Position numbers and translations under genes: made by a program. Positions 29,807 through 40,300 of a stretch of 64,000 bases of DNA are shown here, piece after piece; the first letter of the stretch is position 1, and each line of letters starts with the position of its first letter. The notes below the pieces were generated by a model. That model had not been told where the DNA came from. It ran no database searches and saw only the letters and a list, made by a program, of their open reading frames with translations. The DNA is taken from positions 4,096,001-4,160,000 of the forward strand of contig OY970368.1 in the NCBI GenBank assembly GCA_963718615.1, given 5' to 3'. The DNA comes from an uncultured cyanobacterium. Lineage in GTDB: Bacteria > Cyanobacteriota > Cyanobacteriia > PCC-9006 > JAAUQQ01.

Positions 29807-31669
29807 TCAGACTTTAACAATCTCAGGCAAGAGAAATTCTTCAGAATCAGACAGCAGCGTATCAGAGCACTTTTGGCTCTTTAAATCTTGTAGAGGTAAA
29901 GATTGCAGTTCTGGAATAAACTGATATGTCTTAAACTCCTCACGCATCTGAGCAATTTCACTGTTATCAGGAACATCTCTGGTTTGAATCCGAAAGATAA
30001 TCTCTCCAAGCGTGGCAAAGAGCATAACGGATGCAACCCAGCTAATATTGCCTATGGTTCGAGTACTCATCAAGCCTCGCCAGCCAAATCCTTGAAGTCG
30101 AAACTTGATAAGCCAGACAATCGCATAAAAACAAGCATTTCTCAAGCTTGCGAACACATTGACTCGCAATGGCTCATACTTAGCATTCTGAGTAAAGTCA
30201 TCAAAATGCTTGGCTGTGGTGTAACCCCAAATTAGCTGATCTGCACGATAGCAATCTAACAATCCTAAATTAGCCTTTTGCTGAATCAACTGATTAAACT
30301 GATCATACACGTCCAACCACAGCGTAGATAATCCCTTGAAAATCTTGACCGTTCGTTCACAAAAACCAATGTCCAAATGCCACTTTCCAATGTATAGTGG
30401 CACAATTACACCAAACCACCAAATATATTCAAAGTAAATGCGCCAACTCATGATGCTGGCATTGCCTAGCTGTTTTGCATGGTCGTAATACAACGTATTC
30501 ACAATATCGTTATAGCCAACGGTAAAATCGTTGTAAGCTTTCCGTTTTTTCTCTGCATTAGTCTCTTGGGCCAGCTTAGCACGTATAATCTCTGTCGTAC
30601 TTTCGATCGCAAATGTAGTTAAAGTTGATCCCTGGGAGTAAAATGCATCAAAAATACAAGCAGCATCTCCAATCACATACCAATTATCTTCGGAGAACAT
30701 CGTCTTAGATTTATGAGCAACTTTAGGCCAATGGTGAAAATCAACTACTTCTCCACTTTGAATTAAGTTAAAAAGAACAGTGTGATTGGCCTTGAGAAAG
30801 TCCAAAAATTTTTCCTGAGTACTCATCTGCTTGCTGGGCAAGACATCATGATGATACATCATACCAATTGAGAGTTGATTATTCTCTATATCAATGGGGA
30901 TCATCCAAAGCCAATGTCCATGCCCAAAATAGTGATTGGTTGCATAGTAATGACTGACAGATGAATTATCAGGATCATAACTATTGTGAAATAGACTGCG
31001 ATCAACATTCTTTACTCTCACCCAGGATGCTCCATTATTTAAACCGTAAAGGTTCTCGGGACCAAATAGCAAATTATCGGTTTTGCGACCAATAATAAAT
31101 CGACGCCCCGCAGCATCAACCACATGTCTGGCTTTTAATTCTTGGATTCCCCCCCTAACTCGAACTTTGACTGTATTGATTGCATCTCCTTGGGTTAAAT
31201 CAACGTCAACGACTTGGCCCTGAATAAAATGAGCTCCTTGAGTGAGATTCATTTGCAATAAATCTTGCTCAAATTCAGAGCGATCGATCTGAAACGAAGC
31301 AATTTCTGGCTGCCGATTTGTCCAAATATGGAAATAATCGTTGATACTTTGGGTGTTACTAAAATGCTTAGGCCAGTGGAAGTTTAGACCAAATTTAGGG
31401 ACCTGTTTCTCCACCAAATAATCATACAAGCCAAGCTCTTTAGAAAGAAACAGAGCAGCAACTTCAACCGTTGATTCTCCAATTTTCAAATCCTTCTTTG
31501 GATCTCTTTGTTGAGAGCGTGGATCAATCAGAGCGACCTTAATATTAGGAACCTTGAGCATTAAATGCCTAGTCTGACAAAGACCTGCAAAGCCTGCGCC
31601 CATAATCACGACATCATAGACTTCCGAAGATTGAACCGTAGTCGAGTCAGAACATTGAGTATTATTCAT
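29807..31669 (-). CDS. flavin-dependent halogenase-like oxidoreductase (paralog A)
   Basis: GAGFAG, KIGEST, PKFGLNFHW, WLWMIP, GDAACIFDAFYSQG; ATG 31669 preferred to 31720. Confidence 0.8.
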   Translation of the reverse strand: MNNTQCSDSTTVQSSEVYDVVIMGAGFAGLCQTRHLMLKVPNIKVALIDPRSQQRDPKKDLKIGESTVEVAALFLSKELGLYDYLVEKQVPKFGLNFHWPKHFSNTQSINDYFHIWTNRQPEIASFQIDRSEFEQDLLQMNLTQGAHFIQGQVVDVDLTQGDAINTVKVRVRGGIQELKARHVVDAAGRRFIIGRKTDNLLFGPENLYGLNNGASWVRVKNVDRSLFHNSYDPDNSSVSHYYATNHYFGHGHWLWMIPIDIENNQLSIGMMYHHDVLPSKQMSTQEKFLDFLKANHTVLFNLIQSGEVVDFHHWPKVAHKSKTMFSEDNWYVIGDAACIFDAFYSQGSTLTTFAIESTTEIIRAKLAQETNAEKKRKAYNDFTVGYNDIVNTLYYDHAKQLGNASIMSWRIYFEYIWWFGVIVPLYIGKWHLDIGFCERTVKIFKGLSTLWLDVYDQFNQLIQQKANLGLLDCYRADQLIWGYTTAKHFDDFTQNAKYEPLRVNVFASLRNACFYAIVWLIKFRLQGFGWRGLMSTRTIGNISWVASVMLFATLGEIIFRIQTRDVPDNSEIAQMREEFKTYQFIPELQSLPLQDLKSQKCSDTLLSDSEEFLLPEIVKV

Positions 31670-31760
31670 TTTAGTTTTGTTCGCTAATTCTGTTGAAGTT
31701 AAAAGGCTTGAAGAAGTCAAGATCTGGGAAGATCATGTTCAAATGTTTCGCTCGGAAAAT

Positions 31761-31994
31761 TCATATCTTTTCCCGAAATATTTTAGGTTGATTTTTGAAC
31801 CAACGGCTAATGCGTGCCCCCTGCCACATCCAAAATCCAGACAGGGTAAGCAGTGGAAATATAGCACACCCCATGATAGTTAACAGGCTTGGATGAGTTC
31901 GCCAGGGAGAGTAAAGAAATATGCCCAAGACCACAGAAGCCAAGATATGGAGAATCCGTAATTGAGCCCGAAGACCGCCTTTCGTTTGGTTCAT
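31761..31994 (-). CDS. small two-helix membrane protein within the PKS-halogenase operon
   Basis: 77 aa; R..LRILHIL..VVLGIFLYSPW...IFPLLTLSGFWMWQG; co-oriented with neighbours. Confidence 0.65.
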   Translation of the reverse strand: MNQTKGGLRAQLRILHILASVVLGIFLYSPWRTHPSLLTIMGCAIFPLLTLSGFWMWQGARISRWFKNQPKIFREKI

Positions 31995-32136
31995 GGTACT
32001 GATTGTGAAAGAAACAGAGGGTGCGAGGAGAATAAAGCTTATGCATGAATTTCTTTTCAGAGTTCATAAAGCCCCTGCTGTGAGTGAAAGCACTCATGGA
32101 CTTTGAAGGAATGAGTTTCTAGGAGGCTCCAGACCT

Positions 32137-35100
32137 CTACCCAGAAATAGCGTATGACAGTGGAGTAGAGAGTTGTTGCTTTAACATTGCAGTACGGATC
32201 GCCTCAGGCCATGGAGCAGGTATAGGCGTTCCATTGGCTTGACGATTTGCCCAAATCACCTCTTGCGCTCCAGTGTGTAGCTTTTCTAGCTCTTGGTTGG
32301 GCAGTTCTCGGAAAAACTCAAAGTTGAATACAGCACCACATTCAGTCATCTGCTGAAGATAGAGATGAACACGAACTTTATCAAAGGGCATTGCCTCTCG
32401 CATATAGTTCATGTGGCTATAGAGTGGTATTACCTCCCCTTGTGCAGTTGAGACTCGAAAATATTGAGGTGCCAACGAGTACAGAAAAAGATCAATGGCC
32501 CGACCTTGCCAAATGAAATAATTACCGTAGTAAACGTTTCCAACTAGGTTAGCCTCTTCCAATGTAGTTTGGAAAACTTCAGTAAAGATCAAATCCCCAT
32601 AGGGTACTTGTGGAGATTGGTAATGGATAGGACCTAAGTCAATTTCAGTCAAACTAGAGGGCAAAGCCTGTAATGTATCCGTTGGTGATTCTTTCAAATC
32701 AATCGCTGCGGGAGATTTCGCTGCGAACTGAGCCATGTAGTCTTGCAAGTAATCTGGCATCGCTTCTGGTGAAGGAATACCATAGCTGAGTAACCGAACC
32801 CATGTGGCATTCACTTCTGCCATGGCAATCCGCTCTAAGCTTTGATCGGATAATACTTTACAAAATTCGATGTAGGTTGCGAACGAAGAGTTAACAAGGT
32901 TACCCAGCCAACACCGGGCTTGGATCGTGTCGTAGGTGGTGGCTTCTCCTAAGACCCGTAAGCTCACACTGTTGGTTACCATACCGAATTGACCACTAAG
33001 GAAGTCGGGAATCAGTTTTTCTGCCATGCTTCGCATGGGTAATTCCCGAATTTTTCCAACCCAACTGATGTACTGGGATACAGTTACTTTGCGACTGATG
33101 CTACATCCTTCTTTGAAAGTGACTGGAAAACGCTTCTCGTAGACGGGTTGGTTTTGGGGACCATCTTCCGTAATTCGAGTTCGATGTTCCCCTGGACGAA
33201 TGATTCCATAGGGATCGATGTAGTTCTCTTCTCCTTGGGTTAACGGATTGACCTGCACGAGTCCACGCTCAGATTGCTCCACGACCACTGCCAGCATTCG
33301 CTTAGGATGACGGGTGAGTTGCAAGGGGAGAGTTAAGACGTAGTAATTCGCTTGGGGGGTCTGAGCTTTCAGAAGGACTACACTGCCCTCACGCTGTTCG
33401 ATCTGGAGGGTAACTTCAAGGCCATTGAAAGCCTTATGAGTTGCCTCCAGAGCTGACCACACCCTAGTGCCCGCCACATCACAATCGTCACCGGATGCAA
33501 TGAGCTGATTAACGATTGTGGATCGAGCCTGACTCAACAACGCGACCCAATCCGCTTGGGAACGATGCTCAATGGACTCGATATCACAGCCTTGAGGGGT
33601 TGCTGCAACGCTACAGATACAGTAGTGATCATCGTGGGACAGCGAGAGTGAGGGCGGTAACTTTAGATCTTGAAACACCTTTCCCGTCAAATAGGGTTGA
33701 CCAGAACGATGGGTTCTAATGGCAAAGTCAAGGTCAGCCTTATCTGAGTCAAGGGCAAGAGTCTTTTGGATGGCCCGTTCAACAATACTTTTTTCAACCT
33801 GTCGGCGCTTTTTTTTGCTCTGTGCGCCTAGGGCGGGAGCATAGCCCAAGGCCATGATAGGGGAAATAAGGCCCATTTGATTGCAGGATATGCTGAGAGC
33901 TTGTTGCAAATTCATCTGATCTCGCTGCTCTGGCATAGCCAATTCCGCTGCGGTCGGATTCTCGGGATGCTCTTCCAAGATTCTCAGTCGATATCCCTGC
34001 AAATGCTCGACGATCGCCCCAAGTTCATTAGTAGCGATGACTTCACAAATATATTCCTTGTCGATTTTTTCCTTGAGAATAGCGGTGATGAGCCGTCGGC
34101 CTTCTCCTGTAGCAGGATTTTGGCAGAAATCGATCCGTTTGATTTCAACAGGGAGACAAATATCTTGAGGAATATTGAGCTGCATGCACTGAAGCAGAAC
34201 ATCCCGAAAATAGGGGTCACCTAGGAGAAAAGCACTGCCATGACCGATGGGAAATCCAGTTTCTTGTAGGTCCGTTGAAGTCTGAGCATGGGATTCCAGT
34301 AGACTCTGTTCTCGACTGAGGGAGAAGATCTGATCCATTTGCTGAAACAAGTTACCCTGGAACAGCAAACTTCCATAGAGATCTCGTTTGGGTTCAATGG
34401 CTAATGCTTGACCCAGTTCGTGTTTTAGGGGTTGACTGGATTGCCGTTTTCCGAGGACCAAGGTTGCAGAAAAATGATCGGCTTGAAATCCAGTTTGTTC
34501 AGTTCGAATCCCAACTTTAATGGCGCGTTCTCCCTCGGCATTCAGTTCAGCCACTTCTGCGTGGATTTCGATGACTACGCCGGAGTTCGGATCCACGACC
34601 ACAGGGCGGCGCAGGGAAATGTTTTCAAAACGAGCGATCGCAGGCTCGGTCTCACCAACCACTACTGCCGCCGCTTGAGCCATAGCTTCTAGGCCAAACA
34701 CGGTGGGAAAAAGATAGGAACCTCGCCAGATATGGTCCTTGATGTATAGATCTCGTTCCAAATTCAGATGGGTCCGAACGGTCAATTCTACCCCAGGCTC
34801 CAGATACCGAATCTGTTCAATAAACCGAAGGTTATCCGTTGCAATCTGAGGTAAGGGTGACCAGGTGTCTAACCCCCCCAGGGGCGCTGCAATGACAACT
34901 TGTTGGACGCCGGGGTTACGGTGGAAGAGTTTGACACAGCGTTCAATCCCTTCCTGAGGAGAGATGGCACCAATTCCCATGCGTTCCAGATTTTTGACGC
35001 TGCCCATGCGGGCCCCCATGCCCACTTCATCCCAAACACTATAAGCCAAGGAGATGATTTGGGTCTCTGGATGTAAATGGGCAAAGCGTTGTAGGAGTAA

Positions 35101-37323
35101 GTTTAAGGTTTCATTGGCAAAGCCATACCAACTGTTTCCAGGCATTCCGGTGACACCAATAATGGAGGTGAAGGCCAGAAAGAGTTTAGGAGGGCAATCC
35201 GCCATTGTCTGCAATAGATTCTGAGCTCCGATCAGTTTCGGGCTCACTTCTGCCTGAGCGGATTCTAGGCTAACTTGCTCAACGCGACGGGGCGTGTTCA
35301 AACCAGCGCCATGGATCACACCGGTCACGGGACCCAGGTCTGTCTTGATAGTCTGGAGCAGGGCTTCAACGGATGCGAGGTTGGTAATATCACAGCAATA
35401 GTATTGAGCGGACAGATCCCGTTGACGATATCGATCGAGAGTTTTGATAATTTCGCTTTTACCGGTTTCTAGGTCTGGTGTAGGTAGAGGGGAACGACCA
35501 ACGAGGGCCATTTTTGCACCAGTGGATTCGGCGATCGCCAGGGCACATTCAGCCGTGATCCCCTTGGCACCTCCCGTTACAAGAATGACATCATCGCTAG
35601 TCCAAGACTGTTCTCTTGGTGTATAGTCAACGGGCTGTTGTAGCTGTGATTGAGGGACTCGACGGACCTGCTGGACATCGTAGCCTGCGGTGACGATGGG
35701 GTCTGCTCCGGACAGCTCCGTCATCACGAGCTCAGCTCCTACCGTGGGAGAGAGCGTAGCACACAGGTCGATAACCCTCACTCGCAAAGACAGGCGTTCT
35801 AGGTGCAAGCTACGCGCAAAAGCCGCAGCACAACAGGATTCTGGAGAAGGAGCGATCGCCTCATCGCTCCATTGAGTACCAAAATAACCTCCCCCAAATT
35901 GAACATAGGCCAAACAAAACTCTGGGCTATTATTGACCAGTATTGCCACACTTTTAAGCCTTGCAATCATCGACTCCAAGGGCAAAGGCGATAACTCTGC
36001 ATTGGAGTCAACAGGCTGCGGAAGAACAGCCACAATATGGGTATCGTTAGCCTGCTGCACCACATCTTGAGTAGACAACAGTTCCGCGAAGGTCAGGGTA
36101 GAAACCTCACCGCCTAGAGACCGAATCTGAAAGCCTAGGGCAGCGACAAACGGATCATCAGCAGTATCTGCAATCAAGCGAACTTGGGCCTGAGACCAAT
36201 TTTCGACGGATCGAGTTGGCACCGCTGCCTCTACATATTCAACTGCAAAGTTCCTCACCCATTGGCCCAATGTCGGACGATTCAATGGGGCAGATTGAAG
36301 ATTACTTTTGGCCTTTGAAGTCGCAACAAGCACCGCCTGAGTCAGAGCCGAAGCATCCTCCAAGGCGATTACCACATCTGCTAAAGTGGCATTCGCCAAG
36401 CTGGATGGATCTAGCTGACCATCAATCCCGAGCTGCTTTGCAGCCCTAGCAACGAGATCCGCTGCTTTGATCGAATCAAGGTTCAAATCATCAAGCAATC
36501 GCATCTCCATCGTTAGGGATGATTGGGGAAAGCCAGTACTCGCCTCCACCAAGTTCAACAGCATTTGCGATATGTTTTTCCCAGGGGGAACATTCGCGAG
36601 GGGAAGGGCGTCAATTCCCCTATCAGCTCCCCCATCAACCTTTGGGAGGGTGTCACAAATGGCTTTTGCCACCTCAGCCAACGTAGCATTTGCTAGGGCA
36701 GCGGGCTCCAAGTCTCCTGTGACTCCAAACTGCTTAGCCGTTAAAGCAACTACCTCCCCAGCCTTGATGGAATCAAGGTTCAAATCATCCAGTAGCCGTG
36801 AGTCTAAGCCAATGCTGTCCTTAGGATATCCAGTCTTGTCAACAATCAGGTTCACGAGAGTCGCAACAACCTGATCGTAAACAGATTGAGTCGGAACTGG
36901 AATGGGAACAGGCTGAGGAGAAACAGGTTGATGAGACAATACTGCACTGTCTACAGAAGAAGGCTTAAAGGCCGTCACAGGTTCTGCAAGAATTGAGCTC
37001 TTTAAACGGCCATTTTCATGATGGCGATCGCCATGGTTCCCATTATTATTTCCTTGATTAAAATAATGACCGTGGCCATTGAGGTTACCATTACTAACAC
37101 CATTTGTACTCCCATTAGAATCGTCACAAGGAACAGCATTGCCATTGCGATGATGATGTTCAATAGCAGTAGAACGACTATCACTATGATTACGGGAAAT
37201 CAGTTTTTGATGGGGCAATGTCCGCAAATCGGCGCGAATCACCTGAGCAAGGAATTCACCTCTAGTCGAAAAGTATTGAGAGAGTAGTTGAAGTATCTCT
37301 CGATCTAAATGATTATCCTTCAT
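32137..37323 (-). CDS. PksE-like iterative PKS, C-terminal half (ACP-ACP-KR-DH-PPTase-hotdog TE-hotdog TE)
   Basis: Two DDLNLDSIK ACPs, WVRNF, VTGGAKGIT KR with YGFANE, DHIWRGSYLFP DH, LLGDP, SLSH/GCDIE/TRVWSALE PPTase, EEANLVGNVYYGNYFIWQG E10-type TE. Confidence 0.88.
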   Translation of the reverse strand: MKDNHLDREILQLLSQYFSTRGEFLAQVIRADLRTLPHQKLISRNHSDSRSTAIEHHHRNGNAVPCDDSNGSTNGVSNGNLNGHGHYFNQGNNNGNHGDRHHENGRLKSSILAEPVTAFKPSSVDSAVLSHQPVSPQPVPIPVPTQSVYDQVVATLVNLIVDKTGYPKDSIGLDSRLLDDLNLDSIKAGEVVALTAKQFGVTGDLEPAALANATLAEVAKAICDTLPKVDGGADRGIDALPLANVPPGKNISQMLLNLVEASTGFPQSSLTMEMRLLDDLNLDSIKAADLVARAAKQLGIDGQLDPSSLANATLADVVIALEDASALTQAVLVATSKAKSNLQSAPLNRPTLGQWVRNFAVEYVEAAVPTRSVENWSQAQVRLIADTADDPFVAALGFQIRSLGGEVSTLTFAELLSTQDVVQQANDTHIVAVLPQPVDSNAELSPLPLESMIARLKSVAILVNNSPEFCLAYVQFGGGYFGTQWSDEAIAPSPESCCAAAFARSLHLERLSLRVRVIDLCATLSPTVGAELVMTELSGADPIVTAGYDVQQVRRVPQSQLQQPVDYTPREQSWTSDDVILVTGGAKGITAECALAIAESTGAKMALVGRSPLPTPDLETGKSEIIKTLDRYRQRDLSAQYYCCDITNLASVEALLQTIKTDLGPVTGVIHGAGLNTPRRVEQVSLESAQAEVSPKLIGAQNLLQTMADCPPKLFLAFTSIIGVTGMPGNSWYGFANETLNLLLQRFAHLHPETQIISLAYSVWDEVGMGARMGSVKNLERMGIGAISPQEGIERCVKLFHRNPGVQQVVIAAPLGGLDTWSPLPQIATDNLRFIEQIRYLEPGVELTVRTHLNLERDLYIKDHIWRGSYLFPTVFGLEAMAQAAAVVVGETEPAIARFENISLRRPVVVDPNSGVVIEIHAEVAELNAEGERAIKVGIRTEQTGFQADHFSATLVLGKRQSSQPLKHELGQALAIEPKRDLYGSLLFQGNLFQQMDQIFSLSREQSLLESHAQTSTDLQETGFPIGHGSAFLLGDPYFRDVLLQCMQLNIPQDICLPVEIKRIDFCQNPATGEGRRLITAILKEKIDKEYICEVIATNELGAIVEHLQGYRLRILEEHPENPTAAELAMPEQRDQMNLQQALSISCNQMGLISPIMALGYAPALGAQSKKKRRQVEKSIVERAIQKTLALDSDKADLDFAIRTHRSGQPYLTGKVFQDLKLPPSLSLSHDDHYCICSVAATPQGCDIESIEHRSQADWVALLSQARSTIVNQLIASGDDCDVAGTRVWSALEATHKAFNGLEVTLQIEQREGSVVLLKAQTPQANYYVLTLPLQLTRHPKRMLAVVVEQSERGLVQVNPLTQGEENYIDPYGIIRPGEHRTRITEDGPQNQPVYEKRFPVTFKEGCSISRKVTVSQYISWVGKIRELPMRSMAEKLIPDFLSGQFGMVTNSVSLRVLGEATTYDTIQARCWLGNLVNSSFATYIEFCKVLSDQSLERIAMAEVNATWVRLLSYGIPSPEAMPDYLQDYMAQFAAKSPAAIDLKESPTDTLQALPSSLTEIDLGPIHYQSPQVPYGDLIFTEVFQTTLEEANLVGNVYYGNYFIWQGRAIDLFLYSLAPQYFRVSTAQGEVIPLYSHMNYMREAMPFDKVRVHLYLQQMTECGAVFNFEFFRELPNQELEKLHTGAQEVIWANRQANGTPIPAPWPEAIRTAMLKQQLSTPLSYAISG

Positions 37324-37330
37324 GATGGTC

Positions 37331-40300
37331 CTATTGAGCAAAAGAAACGAAATTCATATCAGCCTGAATGATTTCAGCTAGAAAATCTCCCCGACGGGCA
37401 AAGTAGTCCGACAAGACATCAAGAAATTCATCTTCGGTGAATTGTCTATTAGACGTAGGTTGCAGCAATTTGTCTGATGTTTCTACAGGGGTAAGCCCCA
37501 CATAGGCAGAGGAGAAAAAGGGTTGGGTCTCGGGGACCTGTAAAGGGTTTTCGCAGGGATTGCCAATGAATAGAAGCTTAGAGGGAGAAACGTATGGACG
37601 AACCATGCGATTTTCAAAAACCTTATTCCATTGAATCGCACCGCCGTAGATAAAAATGTTGGCAAGGAACGTATTGAAACTTAGGTCTTCTCCGGCTCTT
37701 GATTCCACCGAAAAAGCATCAGGAGGATTGCCATTGGTATTGGCCTGTACTAGTTTCGACAATACTTGCCCTGTCCCCACTTCAACCATCAGGTCACACC
37801 TGGAACTCATGGTGTTGATGAGTGCGATAAAATTGACCTGAGAGGTGAGTTGCTGAGCGAAGTATTCATGCAGCTTAGTTCCTGCTTCGACGGGCTGCCC
37901 CGTCATGGCAGAAATAATCGGGATATCCAGGGATGGTAATTGAAGAGGGATTGGAGCATTAGCCTTGATGTGGACCGCTGCCTCTTGCACCAGTGCAGAG
38001 TGAAACCCATTGGAAACCGCGAGCTGGCGAACGTATATGCTGCGTTCTGCGGCCAATTGCATCACTTGCTCCAGGCTGTGGTGATGCCCTGAGACAACGG
38101 TCTGCTGAGGATGGTTGATATTGGCAACAACGGCATAGCCTTGAACCTGTTGCAACAGCATTTCTGCCGTTGAGCGATCGCATCCCAAACTCACCATCGT
38201 CCCCGCTTGATCCTTCGGCAACAGAGTCGCTTTGCCACGAATGGCCGCGAACTGAATCAGGGTTTTTGCATCATAGGCACCAGCCGCGTAGAAGGCTGCT
38301 AACTCGCCCAAACTATGCCCCCCCACAGCGACAGGCCTGACTCCCAGTTGTATTAAATACCGATACCACAACAGCGAAGCTAAACAAATGGCAACGGGTG
38401 CAATATCAGCACGGGCCAAGGCCTGCTTCCAAACCTCTAACTCTTCCGAACTTGCCGCGCGGTCGATGGGGCGTAGCATATAGCCACTAATGGGCTCACA
38501 GCCAATTTCCGCCAGCCAACCATCCGCTTCTTGGAGCAACGTCTGCGCCCAGGGATGACGTTCGATCAAGACCCTCGCCATGTTGAGTTGTTGCGACCCC
38601 TGACCTGGAAAGAGGAAGGCCACGCGATCGTGTCGGATAGCATTACTAAGCCAAACTGTCGGCAATGGCTCCTGTACCCCTGTGAGCACCGTTCCCGGTG
38701 GGCAGGGCCGTTTTTTGGCTAAGTCCTGCAATTGCTCCAGTCGTTGTACCAAACCCTTGGGCGAATTTGCAATGACAGCAGCCCGAATCGGCTGGTGAGG
38801 ATTCACCTGTTGAGCTAAGTGCGCCGCCAAGTCTACCATTTCCGCTAGACTGATATCTTTGGCATCAACAGCAATAGCAGCTACTCGATCAATCAAAGCA
38901 GGAATGCTATCAGCGGTTAGAACAAATAATTCAGTTTCCTGATGAGAAACCAACAGCGCGCGCTCCGGCAACCTCGGTTTCCATCGATCCCTGGGCGGAT
39001 CCCCTGAGGTAATCGTCGCATGACAGTTAATCCCCCCAAAGCCCATGGCGGAGATTCCTGCGGTTAAGACTTCACTGGGTTGTCGCACCTCTCCCTGGAG
39101 GATGGGATAAACAGACTGGGCCACCGAATTAAAGATGGGATTGGGCTCTTTACAACCACAGGTGGGCGGCAAAATACGCTGATTGACCGCCATCACAGCC
39201 TTGATGAAGCCTCCCACACCCGCCGCCGCTTTTGTATGTCCAACCAATGATTTAAAAGATGTCAATCCCACTTTGCGTGGGGCTAGCTCCCCATCCGCAG
39301 CTAAGGCTAGGGCAATGGCTTCGACTTCCGTGCGATCGCCCACGGGAGTGCCAGTCCCATGTCCCTCAATGAAATCAAGTTGATGACTGCTATATCCAGC
39401 ACGCTCGTAGGCACGTCGCAAGGCCTTCGACTGACCGATTTTAGAGGGTGCCGTGATACCTCCCTTGCCATCGGAGGAAATGGCCCAGCCATTGAGCAAA
39501 GCATAAACATAATCTCCATCTCGGCGGGCATCTTCTAAGCGCTTCAGCACCACACAGCCACAGCCTTCCCCAGGGATAAAGCCGCTCGCAACGCGATCGT
39601 AAACGGTCATGTCTTGGGCGGTTAAAGCTCCAACCTTGGCAAAACCAATCAGCTCAAAGGTATCGAGACTAATATCTACGCCCCCGGCCAAAGCAATATC
39701 TAAATCGCCGTTGACGAGAGCATTAGCTGCTGTTGCGATAGCAATGAGAGAAGAAGAACAAGCCCCATCAACGGTGTAGCCCCCCCCCTTAAAATCAAAG
39801 AAGTTACAAACGCGACCGGCGATTGTATTGGAGAGTCCACCGGCTAAAGAATCTTCAGTAATGGGTGCGAATGCAGATTTATAAACCTCCTCCATCAAAG
39901 CAACGAGTTCTTCGGTGACGAGATCCGACATGCCCTTGGCCGCAGCGGCTGCACGCAGAGCACGTCTTACAAATGGCCAACGCAACCGGACAGTGGTCGA
40001 TCGAGTTTGCTCACCGGTCAATGTATTTCCTAGGACAAAACCAGTACGTTCCGTTGGAATAGTTTCTTTTGTGTAACCAGCATCTTCCAATGCTTTCATT
40101 GCTGTTTCCAAGGCCAGCCAATGCACAACATCCGTTGATTCAAATGCTGTTTTAGGAATGCGCCGCTTTACCCAATCAAATTCAAAGCCATCAATCACCG
40201 CTGCTCGGTCCCCGTAAGTCTTATCCATCGCAGCAGGATCGGGATCATAATAGTCTGCAATGGGAAGTCGAATGTCAAGGGACCGACGAAACTGTTGTCG

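Noticed and set aside
37320-37345. Frameshifted or pseudogenised single pksE
   Set aside because: Clean stop, SD-like AGGA, ATG 7 nt later, and a diverged duplicated motif on both sides indicate a real split
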